Shown: positions 52,136 to 64,000 of the stretch, piece after piece
Layout: each line of letters starts with the position of its first letter
How positions within the stretch are numbered: position 1 is the first letter of the stretch
NCBI GenBank assembly: GCA_964016885.1
Contig: OZ024757.1
Location: forward strand, 39,060,001 to 39,124,000
Direction of reading: 5' to 3'
Source: Eledone cirrhosa
Taxonomy: Eukaryota
Length of the DNA: 64,000 nucleotides
Translations under genes and position numbers: made by a program
Notes under the pieces: model-generated
Told to the model about the DNA's origin: nothing
Database searches by the model: none
Seen by the model: the letters and a program-made list of their open reading frames with translations, nothing else

Positions 52136-55098
52136 CTGTATATTACTAAACTTAGCTGCAACAAATAACTCTAAAGAACTTAAGTGAACGAAAACAGCGA
52201 ACCTTATGTTTCAGAGATAACCTTTGAGTCAATATAAGATCATCAAATTCAGATAAGGGTAATAACAGCGAGATAGTAAAGGGTAGGGGGTCTACCGTGC
52301 ATACGTACACACAGCAATATATATAGATAAATAAATATATAAAATATTCCTTGTTGTTCTTCATTGCATTAAACCATACAATTGTCCCTGCTGCGAAAGT
52401 TTGTTTTTTCTCAACAAAACACACACAAACAAAACATTATGAAATAAAATAAAATAAAATAAATAAAAACAAACATGCTTCTTGCAAGTACTGAGTAGTT
52501 CAAAGAAATAACTAAGGAAAAAAGTAAAGATGGCGGTAAAATCATGCGATGTACAAACATTTGCTTAGATATGAACTTTCGTGTAAAAATCTGAAAACAC
52601 AATCGACAAAAAGCAAGAAGTTTTTTTTTTGAAGAAGAAGCTTAACTTAAGGCAACTTCCTGACAATTGTAGATATCATTCCGAGGTAAACATAAAACAG
52701 ACAAGGCGAATATTATTGCAAACATAATAAAACAACTCTCCCCCTTTAAAAAATGCGGAATTGTGTTGATGTTATTCAGCATTCCTATATAGGATGTTGG
52801 ATGTTTGGATAACTTACTTTGTACAGTTTCATAACAAATATTAGTTACAGCAAGACAATACGTTAATCTGAATAGTATTGGTACACCTGCCGGAAATGAC
52901 CACCATATTTCTATCAGATCACACACCATTGACTTAAATAATAACAAAATAAGCGACATTTTAGAGAATGTAATCACATATATGCTTGAAAAATTAGGAA
53001 TATTGTGGCAGATATAGGATGCTGTGGTGAGATTTATAGAATATCCGGAAGGCTACACTGAAGGGATTTTAACATCTAGCAAGTCCAAATATGCCAGACA
53101 GGCTTAAGTGTGGGAGCCAGTCTTAAACCGTAATCTATAGAGGAGTAATCCTAAGTGACAAAATGACTCCATCCTGTGGGTTAATGTGTAACATTAGCGG
53201 AGAAACTTGAGTTAAGTCAACGGTGATTTAAACCAGACATTGAGCGGAGAAATGTCATGTCAACGATCGCGATCAAAGGTGGTAAGAAATTCTCAGGAGA
53301 GCTTGACAGCAGAAGGTCTTCAGCGAAGAACCCCTACCTCCTTAAGTGAGTGTTTCGGCCTTTAACTTATTAGACGCAGCCCAGCTCCCTTAGAGTGTAT
53401 GTCATGAGGCCTGGATGTCCTTCTGCTGACTGAAGCATGCGTGGATCAAAAGCTCCAGATGGATGTATTAAACCCAATCAAGACATTTCGAAACACATTA
53501 ACGGACACTTTGGAGTACACACTTAAAATCAGGAGAATTACCTGGCAGTCACCATATTGGATTTTTTTTTACATACTAAAATAAATACAAATATGACTTT
53601 GAAATATAGGCTTGTCCCTGTATATTTCAAGTTTGGAACATAATATGGATTTTTGTTAATTTATATATCATTCTATGCGTATGTAAGATCATCGCATTTT
53701 ATAAGGGAAATGATCTTCAATTGTACCAGTACCCGTATTAGAAACTTTGTGTCACCCTACAGCATGAGAACTAACTACTATTATATTGAAGACAATGAAA
53801 TCAATATCATTATTTATAGAATCTTGGTTTTGAAATCGTAGCTATGCAATGTCTTAGAATCTTAGTGGTCTCGGTACAGTGTTTATCGATTTGACGTTAA
53901 CATATGATGTCAAAGTAGTAGAGTTGCTTGAATTTCTGAAGCCTGGAGACTGTTCAAAGCTATTTTAGTTCATACTTAAAGTCGTTTATTTCAATTCGTC
54001 TAGCAGCTAAAATTCTAATGCTGAGATATTCGAAAATAAGTCATGAAACCATAGAACTTTGTTGTTATGTTGGATGTTCAAAGACGCGTTGCAACGCTTT
54101 AAGAATGTGGAATTCCAGTCTGAATATGCAGAAAACTGTACAACAATACAATGCATGAACAAAGGCTGACACAGTCAAAGGGTTAAAAGGCTCTTGTAAG
54201 AATCAAACGATTTTACAGCCTGTAAATTGCAAACATACCATCCTTTGAATAACAAATCTTGAATTTATTCAACCACACCCTGGTGATCAATAGGCAAAAT
54301 AAAAGCCATTCACAATACATAAGACTCTCTACTAAAAATAAATGAATATGCATGACAGAACAAGTAACATATGAACAAGTAACATATGAACATCATACAA
54401 AATATGTGAGAAGTTTGCGAAATTATTTCACAGTCATGCTTGCCCCAAATGGCACACATTGTAAATATAATGTAGTCATATTGACCCAATATCTTCAGGC
54501 ATCAATACACGTAATTTATATAACATTTATAACATAATATAATTTTCTGATATTACATTCCATTCTTTCTTCTCAGCGACTTTCATTTATGTATTCAGCT
54601 GACGATGTTGAGTATTCCTACGGGTTGAAATAAGTTTCTTTGCGTTTGTTTATGCACGCACTTGTTTATCACACAAAGGTCAACATTTCCTTTTATCTAA
54701 TAAATATAATATAATATAATATAATAACGATTATATTATATTTGGTGGTCGTTGTCCGGCTTCTAAATATCATGAAATATACGCGGAAAGAAAATGCAGT
54801 ATTGTGCATTTCCATCTCAATAGTTATTATATGTGGTGTTATGTATGTTTGTGCAAGTGTTAAAGTGAAGGATATGCAATGATTGAGCATAATATAGCAT
54901 GGATTGTAAACGATATAAACAAAAACACAGAGAGAGAGAGAGAGAAAGATACACACAAACTCTTACCCAATAAAAATATATATAAGAAGGGCTTATGACC
55001 TAAACGTCGTTCCCCATCAATCCCCACTCTCAAGAGCGTGAAACTAATAAACCTTTGTTCGAACTGCCTCTCTGTTTTGTTCCCGTTCCATTTTTCAT

Positions 55099-55157
<59 letters not shown>

Positions 55158-55489
55158 GGGTTGATATATTTAATAGTAAAAAAAATGAAAAAAATATATA
55201 TATATATATATAATCAGAACCGATGCAGTAGAAACCTGAGTACTAGACATTTGAAGAACTAGAGTGGGGTAATATAAAGAAACTAGCTGTTGAAATGGCA
55301 GCAGCTCAGCCGGCGGGGTTCCGTCTCCTCTCTCTCTATATATATATAATAGATGTTTTACCATAAGTTAAACTGTTATTTTATATATAGGTGACTAAAA
55401 TAAACTTATTTTTATTCTAGAATTGTTTTCCTTTCTGTCACTGTCCATTCTTCTGTATCTTTCTATTTCTTCATTAATATCTCATTCTA

Positions 55490-55525
55490 ATTTCTGATGA
55501 AGGACTAGTGTCTGAAATGTTAAGA
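55490..55525 (+). ncRNA. Family I hammerhead, decayed
   Basis: attt-CTGATGA-aggactagtgtct-GAAA-tg-TT-aaga. Confidence 0.55.
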
Positions 55526-55553
55526 CACTTTTCCTACTATAACAAGAGTAAAA

Positions 55554-55660
55554 ATAATTGTTTCTACTGTAGGCACAAGGCCAGCAATTACCCAGTGCAT
55601 TACTGGTACTTTATTTTATCGACCCCGTAAGGATGAAAGGCAAAGTCAACCTCGGCGGGA
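55554..55660 (-). mobile_element. Dominant SINE, 3' part
   Basis: SINE consensus match. Confidence 0.8.
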
Positions 55661-56248
55661 GTAAAAATAATAATATATTTCTTCATTGTGGTGTATAGTC
55701 TGCTTTGATATTTCTGCCTCCCTTCTGTATATAATTCCCAGTTACTGCTTAATCAGCTAGGGTTTATTTTCGTAAAAACAGTAAAAACAAATGTATCCCA
55801 AATTCCTTTCGTTCCTATAATGCTGAAATCTTAGTTATCAAAATGTCTTTTTTTTATTAAATTCGCGCCATTTTACTTATTCATCCATCTGCTGTTTCTT
55901 CATTCTTTCTCCATCCAATCTTTATGTCTCTACACATATAAAGGTATTTTCTTTTAGGAGAATAGTTTTTACATTACCATATAGCAGCCACCTCCAAATA
56001 TAGTGTTTTCCTTTATATATATATATATATATATATAAACTAACTCTCTACCTACACCTGACTTCTGTTTTCTTTTCTTTTATTGTTCTATGCACAAACA
56101 CATATATGTGTACACACATATATATAAACACTGTTTCTGGTTTTGACAGATCCGCATCTGTTTGTAATGAATATGAAGATGTTTTTTTTTTGTTTTTCAC
56201 ATTTGTTTGCTTCCTGAATAATCCCTGCGAATATTTGCCATTATTTTC

Positions 56249-56438
56249 ACGGTGGATTGGCAGTACCGGTAGAAGGTCGGGCGCCATGCTTTGACGCATA
56301 GAGTTACGGCCCTTCCCATTCTGAGTTCAAATCCCGCCGAGGTTAACTTTGCCTTTCATCCTTACGGGGTCGATAAAATAAAGTACCAGTAATGCACTGG
56401 GTAATTGCTGGCCTTGTGCCAAAAAGTAGAAAATGATT
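56249..56438 (+). mobile_element. Dominant SINE, short form
   Basis: SINE consensus match. Confidence 0.85.
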
Positions 56439-57154
56439 TCCAATATTTATCGCAGAGAGTGCATTTTTCCAAAACAAGGACAACATCTGTTAAAACCCTT
56501 GCTTTATTTACACTTAATAAATGATATTGCTGGAGTCACTGCAGAAAATATGTTGAATATGGTTTATCTATATTCAGTTTACATATCTTCGGTTTGTATG
56601 GAATATTCCTAATGTACTTTTATCAGTAGTGTAAAATAAATAAATAAATAAATAATTATACATCAAAAAGATTTCCGTTAAGCAAACACGATTTCGTGTG
56701 ACATAGTTGCTTTTATGATGTGGTCTGGCTATCTTTTCTAAAGTTCACTGTGGCCTCTATAATAGTGGCTTCCTCACTCCGGATGCCTCTAGCTAGCTGC
56801 TCTTTCATCAAAGAATTTCTAACCACGTGATGTGCAGATGTTTTAGCTATGTTTGTGAGACGAGTATCAAAGTGCAACTCTCCATATAATTCTGTTAATA
56901 TTTATTTTTCTGTTATTACTCTAATGATTCTGAGAGAAATGGCAGATGTGTGTCTGTTTAATTACAACCATGATTATAATCTCTATTAAATAAAGTTTAT
57001 CACAATTTTATAAAATACAATATATAAAAAATATAGTAGATATTAAACTATGCTAAAGAAGCCGAGATATATGAGAAAAATGTATCATATATACACTGAA
57101 TAGAAGCAACCGATGCTACGCAGATGTGTCTATAGATCTCTCTATATATATATC

Positions 57155-57195
<41 letters not shown>

Positions 57196-57209
57196 ATTGA
57201 GTGTGTGTG

Positions 57210-57436
57210 TAAAAGTTAAAAAATAACAATACAATCGGTCCAGTATATGGAAGGGATATATTAGGTTAACGCTTGAAATAGCCGGAAAAGGGCCTTAACG
57301 TTTCGGACGCTAGTCCTTGATCAGAAGAAAAAATGAGAAATATGATAGATTGAAGGGACGGGCGAGTTGGAATTGGAAAAAATGTCTTTAGATAAAAATA
57401 ACAGGTCCATTCTTGTTGACATCTCTTGCAAAACTG
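57210..57436 (-). mobile_element. Family I Penelope-like 3' end with hammerhead at 57293-57328
   Basis: Minus strand: tctt-CTGATCA-a ggac tagc gtcc-GAAA-cg-TT-aagg (G8C); ends in (CA)n. Confidence 0.72.
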
Positions 57437-57794
57437 TTGGTGCCGTCATTTTGTATATGATTTATTTTTTGACACATTGTGTGGAGACATCTAAAAATGT
57501 ATTACACATATTTTGCCTAATTACCGAAATGGCCGCTAATAATATACATATTAGTATGTCCATTTAAGGATCTTGACTAGCAAATGTCCAAACTGGCCGA
57601 CTAAGTGAATGTGCTCGTGTTTTTTATTTTGTTGTTTTTTTCTCATTTCGATTCGTTCCCTTTTCTTCTCATCCTTTATCTTTATCATTGTTTCATCTTT
57701 TATTTCTAATTCTATCCCTTGATGAAGGGTTGTAACAATGGTTTCTAAGCGTTTTCCGACCGAGTTTCTGCCAAATAAGTCAAACCTCCAGCTT

Positions 57795-58185
57795 TAATAA
57801 TTGTTTCTATTGTTGGTACAAGGCTAGCAATTACCTCAGTGCATTACTGGTACTTTATTATATCGATCCCGTAAGGATGAAAGGTAAAGTTAACCTCGGC
57901 GGGAGTTGAACTCAGATCGTAAGCCGAAGTATCATCTGGCCAGTGCTAATCTCTGGTCTCCTTGGCGATGAGAGACCGAGAGTTAAGACTCTTCCTGGAT
58001 AGGACGCCTGTCTATGGCAGGATTATCTTCCCAGCAACAACCGGTACCCAATTACCTCGGCTAAGACTACTGGAGTAACATGAAATAAAGTACTTTGCTC
58101 ATGAACACAACGTAGAAGCCTCTCCAAGAATTGAACCAATGACTTTACGATCGTACGACAAGTATCCTAACCATTACGTCATGCG
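57795..58185 (-). mobile_element. Dominant SINE fragment (57795-57920) and second-family SINE (57935-58185)
   Basis: Consensus matches; the second is homologous to 22481-22620. Confidence 0.7.
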
Positions 58186-58579
58186 ACTTCATGCAGTTAA
58201 ATACTACTATCAACAAAACCAATAATAGTAATAAACAAATATCTTAGGTTTATTATCTCAAACAATATGTCGTCTTAACTCATGTTCATCTATCTATGTA
58301 ATTTGCTAAGATTCTGTATGGTAAAATTAACTTGAAACATCTATTGCTAGATGCTACTATTAAATGTAATTTCCTCATTACCGATTTCGCTGCTTTAATA
58401 TCTTCAAGGAGGCTTTGATTTCTTCTCTTTAAATCTTTAAATTAATTTCCTAATATAAAATAGTCATTAAAATTTTCCTTCGCAGTATATTAATCACCCC
58501 CCAACCCACGCTCTCTCTCGCTATCTATCTATCTATCTATCTCTCTCTCCCTCCTCTCTATCTATCTATCTCTCTGCAT

Positions 58580-58663
58580 ATGTATGTGTATATATATTTG
58601 TGTGTATATAAATGGGCATATTCATATATATATATATATTTATTTAATTATATACACATATTC

Positions 58664-58698
<35 letters not shown>

Positions 58699-58763
58699 TA
58701 TATATATACACATATATATATATATACACATATATATATATATATATACACATATATATATAT

Positions 58764-58822
<59 letters not shown>

Positions 58823-58847
58823 TATATATATTTATATACACATATTC

Positions 58848-58879
<32 letters not shown>

Positions 58880-58935
58880 TCATATATATATATATATATA
58901 TATATTATCTATACACGGATATATATATATACATG
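58580..58935. repeat. (TA)n/(CA)n microsatellite
   Basis: Directly visible. Confidence 0.95.
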
Positions 58936-59231
58936 TTATTAGGTACATACATATGCATATTTACTACATACAAATGAGATATAAATTAATATATTCTTGT
59001 TTAAATAATTATGTACTGATAACTTAATCACATATTTTCACTCCATCACTGTTAACTTGAAATATATTCACTTTCCTTTCCCCTTAATTCATGCGACCTA
59101 TATCTTATCGACGCCATTATTGTAAACAACTTGAAGCATCTTAAACGAGACATCCCACTCTTATTTCTTCTCTTTGTCTCAATCAAATTCCCCCACATCT
59201 TTCTCAATTATCTTTGTTACAATCTCTCGTC

Positions 59232-59698
59232 AATATAATAATAATAAAATTGTGTACAGTTCTCAGGTGCACTACAACTCGTCAAAGGTGCATGTATAGT
59301 ACATAGAATAATATACAAATGTCAGGGAAGTGAATAGTGTATGAGTCATGATATACATGTGTGCGGGTGTATGGAGCGGGGATATTAGCTGTAGTGTTGG
59401 CGACTCTCAGGAAGCATGGAGGTTTTAAGGGATGCAGGTGTCTCGACAACTAACAACTGATGCAGGTAGTTTGTTCCATGCTTCAGCATCTCTAAGCGTG
59501 AAAAAATGTTTCCGAAAGTCATGGGAGCTGTGCTGCTTTCTGACGTTTTGGCATGCCCACGTGTGTGAGACACGTGGAAATCAAAAAGGTACTCAAGGTT
59601 GTTGTTGGCAAGATGATTAATAATGTTGTAGGTGTTTACCAAGTCAGTTGCCAGACGTCGGAGCTTCAATGTATCTATGCCCAGGGATATCTCTTTCT
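59232..59698 (-). mobile_element. CR1-group LINE 3' remnant
   Basis: LKLRRLATDLVNTYNIINHL...TRGHA, then frameshifted RKHFFTLRxAEAWNKLPASVV (CR1-type RT C-terminus); 3' UTR ends in (TTA)n. Confidence 0.85.
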
Positions 59699-60029
59699 AA
59701 AGTCTCAATCTCATCCCCCAGCATTTTTCTCAGCTTTCTTTATATTACTCTCTATAGTTTAATATCTCTGTCGAATGACTCTTCCTCCTATAAACATGCT
59801 TTTTTTTGTTTATTTTTGAAAATCCATTTTCTGTACTTAGAGAAATCTGCTTACTTTCTATGAAGGGGACGCAACAATGACCGAAATGTTTGGTTGTTTG
59901 TTTCACACTCATGATTTCTCCCTCAGAGATAATTCATAAATATGCAAACAGTGACGGATTAAACCTGCTTAAAGCCCCTGACTGAAAATTTCATCGGTTA
60001 CCCTTCAGTATTATTTAAGAGTAAGGTTG

Positions 60030-60860
60030 GGCAGTGGATTGACAGTATCGATAGAACCTCGGACACCATAATTTGTGGCATAGTTACGTCCCTTTATGTT
60101 CTAAATTCAAATGCAACCGAGGTTACCTTTGCATTTCATCATTATGGTTCGATAAATAAAGTACCAGTAATGCACTGGGGTCGATTTAATCGACTTTCCC
60201 CTCCGACCAAATTACTGGCCTTGTGCCTATACTAGAAATCATTATTATTGTTATTTTAGAATCGGTAGAGCATCGGACAACATGCTTAGCGGTCTCAGTC
60301 CCAATCTCGTGGAGGTTAACTTTGCCTTTCATCCCTACGAGGTCGATAAAATAAAATACCTGTCACGTACTTGTTCGATTTAATCGACTACCCCTCTCCC
60401 CAAATTGCTGGCCTTGTGCCTCTATAAGAAACCATTATTATGATTACTATTAGGGCGGTGGATTGGCAGTATCGGTAGAGGGTCGGACGCCATGCTTTGC
60501 CGCAAAGAGTTACGGCCCATTATGATCTGAATTCAAATCCCACCGAGGTTAATTTTGCCTTTCATCCTTACGGGGTCGATAAAATAAAGTACCAGTAATG
60601 TACTGGGGTTAATTTCATCGACTTTTCCCACCCCCCAAAATTGCTGGCCTTGTGCCTCTATAAGAAACCATTATTTGGATTGGCAGTTTCGGTAGAGAAT
60701 CGGACGCCATGCTTTCCAGCGTAGTTGCGCCCCTTTACGGTTTGAGTTCAAATCCCGCCGAGGTTAACTTTGCCTTTCATCCTTACGGGGTAAATAAAAT
60801 AAAATACCAGTAATATACTGGTAATTGCTGGCCTTGTGCCTCTATAAGAAACAATTATTA
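60030..60860 (+). mobile_element. Tandem array of four dominant-family SINEs
   Basis: Copies at ~60030, 60258, 60453 and 60676, each starting in the (ATT)n tail of the previous one. Confidence 0.85.
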
Positions 60861-61431
60861 TGATTACTATTATTATAACTGACATAGATTTGTGCTGATA
60901 TATTCGGAGGATGTGCAGTGATATAAATCAACTGCTATATTTGGATGGTACTGATTGCCTATAAACCAGGCCAGACTAGGCAAGATTAAAGACAACACGA
61001 TATTGACATTAGACATGTGATAGAGATAATGGCGGCGAGGAGTGAGAGGAAAGTGTAGAGAATTTCACGTCGGAAATATAGTAAGTTAGAAATTATAACG
61101 TCGTTGATGTTGATCGGTTCTATAATGAATCAGCCAATCTTAGTCTGCCAATAAAAGATAAAGCGCCATCTCTTGGCCATAATCGAACGCATAACAAGAC
61201 ATTTATAGTCCTTTGTATTTTAATTATTACCAACGAAGCACGCCAATAGTCATTTATTGTTCAATGAAAAGAATCTATTGTGAAGCCGAGACTAATTATT
61301 GAGCTCTCTATCCCTTTGGCTCAATTTCTTTTTCATAAGATTCATTCACTCATACAATAGCTTTGTTTTTAAAAACATATCGTTGTTAGAACAGTTAGTG
61401 TGTGTGTGTGTGATAGAAAGAGGTAGAGAGA

Positions 61432-61480
<49 letters not shown>

Positions 61481-61730
61481 ATATGTGTGTAAGTGTACTT
61501 TATTGTTTCACATGAGTTCACTTGTTTAACAAAAGAAAAGAAAGTAGTGTGATGATATTAATAAAATATAAACAATAATATTGAAAATGATGACACCCTT
61601 AATAATATTATCGTAATAATAATAATGATAATTACATATCACATAAGGCCTAGTGAATGTTTGGCAATAGAAGTATGCTACTGCAATGGAGAAGCTATAT
61701 GTATATACATGTATATATAAATATATATAT

Positions 61731-61926
61731 AACAAAGGAATTGTGGTAAGGGACAAGATGGACCATAACGCACAAGAGTACTCGAATACTTAGGGTAGTA
61801 GAGTGGGTAATAGGAAAAAGTATGACCCTGACGGCAGAGCTCAAGTCGTTTCGATAGGCTATTTCTGGACTAGAAATAGCCGTCGAAACGGCTTGAGCTC
61901 TGTCGTCGGGGTCATACGTTTTCCTA
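61731..61926 (-). mobile_element. Family B fold-back element
   Basis: Tail plus palindrome 61810-61926. Confidence 0.8.
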
Positions 61927-62337
61927 TATATATTGGGTTGTAGCATACATTCCCACCGTTTTTTTTTCATTAAGAAGTTTTGAAGCAACGGGGGGATTGT
62001 ATGTTACAACCCTATATATATATATATATAATCAAACTTCACTCATGTATGAAAAAAACAACCTGAGACCCCCCCCCCCTTGTTTGAAGAACTTTGTAAC
62101 GCGAACTGGCGCGAACTGTATTATTGACCAACCAATAAAATTACTTCTCTAAAAACCTGACATTTCGAGCCACTTTTTTTCATATAAAACAAGTAACATT
62201 CAAAGACCAACCAGATGTGAGAAAACCCACAGACCCTCCATCTCAATCTACTTTTGAAAAGCAGAAGAACTCCGAAACCGGTAAAGGAACCAAATAAATA
62301 TATATTTATTTGCATTTTCGATTTCATCTTTTTTCCT

Positions 62338-62385
<48 letters not shown>

Positions 62386-62390
62386 TACAG

Positions 62391-62447
<57 letters not shown>

Positions 62448-62620
62448 AACAAAGAGGGTGTGGTAAGATACCTGGTGGACCATAACGCCCCTGAGTACTC
62501 GATATTTGGGGTAGTAGAGTGGGTAATATGAAAAGATTCAGGAACCCGACATCTGAGCTCCGGCCGTCTATATCAAGCTGTCGAAACGGACGGAACTCAG
62601 CTGTCGGGTTCCTGACTCTC
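62448..62620 (-). mobile_element. Family B2 fold-back element
   Basis: Homologous to 26118-26306. Confidence 0.72.
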
Positions 62621-62929
62621 TATATATATCTATCTATATATATATATATATATATATATAGGTGTGTGTGTGTGATTCGGTAACTTAGCACTTCGACACA
62701 GCCACATCGATAAAATAAGTAGTAGGTTTCAGAGAAATGATTGCTCGTATCAATATGATCGATTAAATGAAGGCGGTGCCCTAGCATAACAGCAGTCTAT
62801 TGACTGAAACAAATAATAAAATAATGCATTCATAGCTATACACACAAACACACACGCACGCACGCACGCACGCACGCACGCTGAGATATATATAATCTCA
62901 GTATGTTGATATATATATATATATATGTT

Positions 62930-63030
62930 TATTAAAATAACAGATTAAAGTTTAAGCAAAGATTCGCTGCTTTCACCCTTAACTCTTTGGATTTTAGTCT
63001 TGAAATTTATTATTATTACTATTATTAATA
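62930..63030. mobile_element. Family C element (hammerhead 3' half on minus strand)
   Basis: Inverted homologue of 36687-36790 with a different junction. Confidence 0.68.
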
Positions 63031-63208
63031 TCTACATATATACATGTAGATATAAATAAACACATATAAATGTATGTATATATATATACATATATATATA
63101 TAAATAAACACATATAAATGAATATACATATATACATATATATATATAAATAAACACATATAAATGAATATATACATATATATATATAAATAAACACATA
63201 AATGTATA

Positions 63209-63240
<32 letters not shown>

Positions 63241-63297
63241 AATAAACACATATAAATGAATATATATATATATACATATATAAATAAACACATATAA

Positions 63298-63340
<43 letters not shown>
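63031..63340. repeat. TA-derived minisatellite (ataaataaacacatataaatg unit)
   Basis: About six units visible. Confidence 0.9.
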
Positions 63341-63342
<2 letters not shown>

Positions 63343-63764
63343 CAGTTTTTTTACGCTTCATAACGTAGCATCGTTTTATCTTTTATCGTTTTCGCATAAT
63401 TGCAGTTTTGATAGAATATCAGCCATTTTTCGCATGAAAGATATATAAATGTATATAATTTCAACTCCAGTAATAATACACAATATACGGCACCAATATA
63501 CAGTTATATGCTTGATTTCCCTTTTTTTTAAATATAACAAAACACAAGCGGCGTTCACTGATTGTTAAATCGACAGTCAGATCGCTATCTAGCTATTGGA
63601 ACATTCATCATGAATCGATCGAAGGTAGGACGTGCGAGCACGATGCTGTCTATTCTCAGAGAGAATGTCTTATTCAGTTTGTATATATTATGATTATACA
63701 CATACATATATAATATATATATACATATTTGTATATACATATATAATATATATATATACATATT

Positions 63765-63805
<41 letters not shown>

Positions 63806-63866
63806 AGCAACATGACCCTCCCAAAGTATAAAAATATATATATATATTTATATATAAATATATATT

Positions 63867-63897
<31 letters not shown>

Positions 63898-64000
63898 TTA
63901 TATATAAATATATATTTATGTGTGTGTGCGCGTATATACATATATATTTATATATATAAATATATATGTATGTGTGTGTGCGTATATATATATATATATA

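Noticed and set aside
52642-52977. 111-aa non-repetitive ORF
   Set aside because: No recognisable domain or splice context; length is compatible with chance.
53040-53530. GC-richer unique segment, possibly an old LINE 5' region
   Set aside because: No diagnostic motif or second copy; cannot be classified by eye.
54594-54645. CTGACGA...GAAA motif
   Set aside because: Stems I and II do not pair.

Overview
AT-rich, repeat-dominated eukaryotic DNA with no supportable host protein-coding exon. Nearly all long ORFs in the track are translations of (TA)n/(TATG)n/(CA)n microsatellites. The repeat content resembles an octopus/cephalopod intron or intergenic region (inference from the SINE type and microsatellite load). 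Identifiable elements: about 20 copies of a tRNA-derived SINE with a Nin/Deu-type domain, two other tRNA-SINE types, three copies of a ~600-bp bipartite non-autonomous RTE element, RTE and CR1 LINE 3' remnants, an internally deleted Tc1/mariner element and a hAT-like MITE. The most striking signal is a dense set of roughly ten sequence-distinct families of short (100-470 bp) elements embedded in microsatellites. They carry intact or decayed type I hammerhead ribozyme motifs (CUGANGA...GAAA...UH, with covarying stems), often as fold-back inverted pairs, and several share a TTGAGTAC tail motif. This architecture matches minimal Penelope-like (PLE) retroelement termini. Three families show an unusual U.U juxtaposition at the base of stem II. 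A candidate recursive splice site (polypyrimidine-AG|GTGAGT) lies at 35741-35748. Coordinates were read by eye and element boundaries are approximate.
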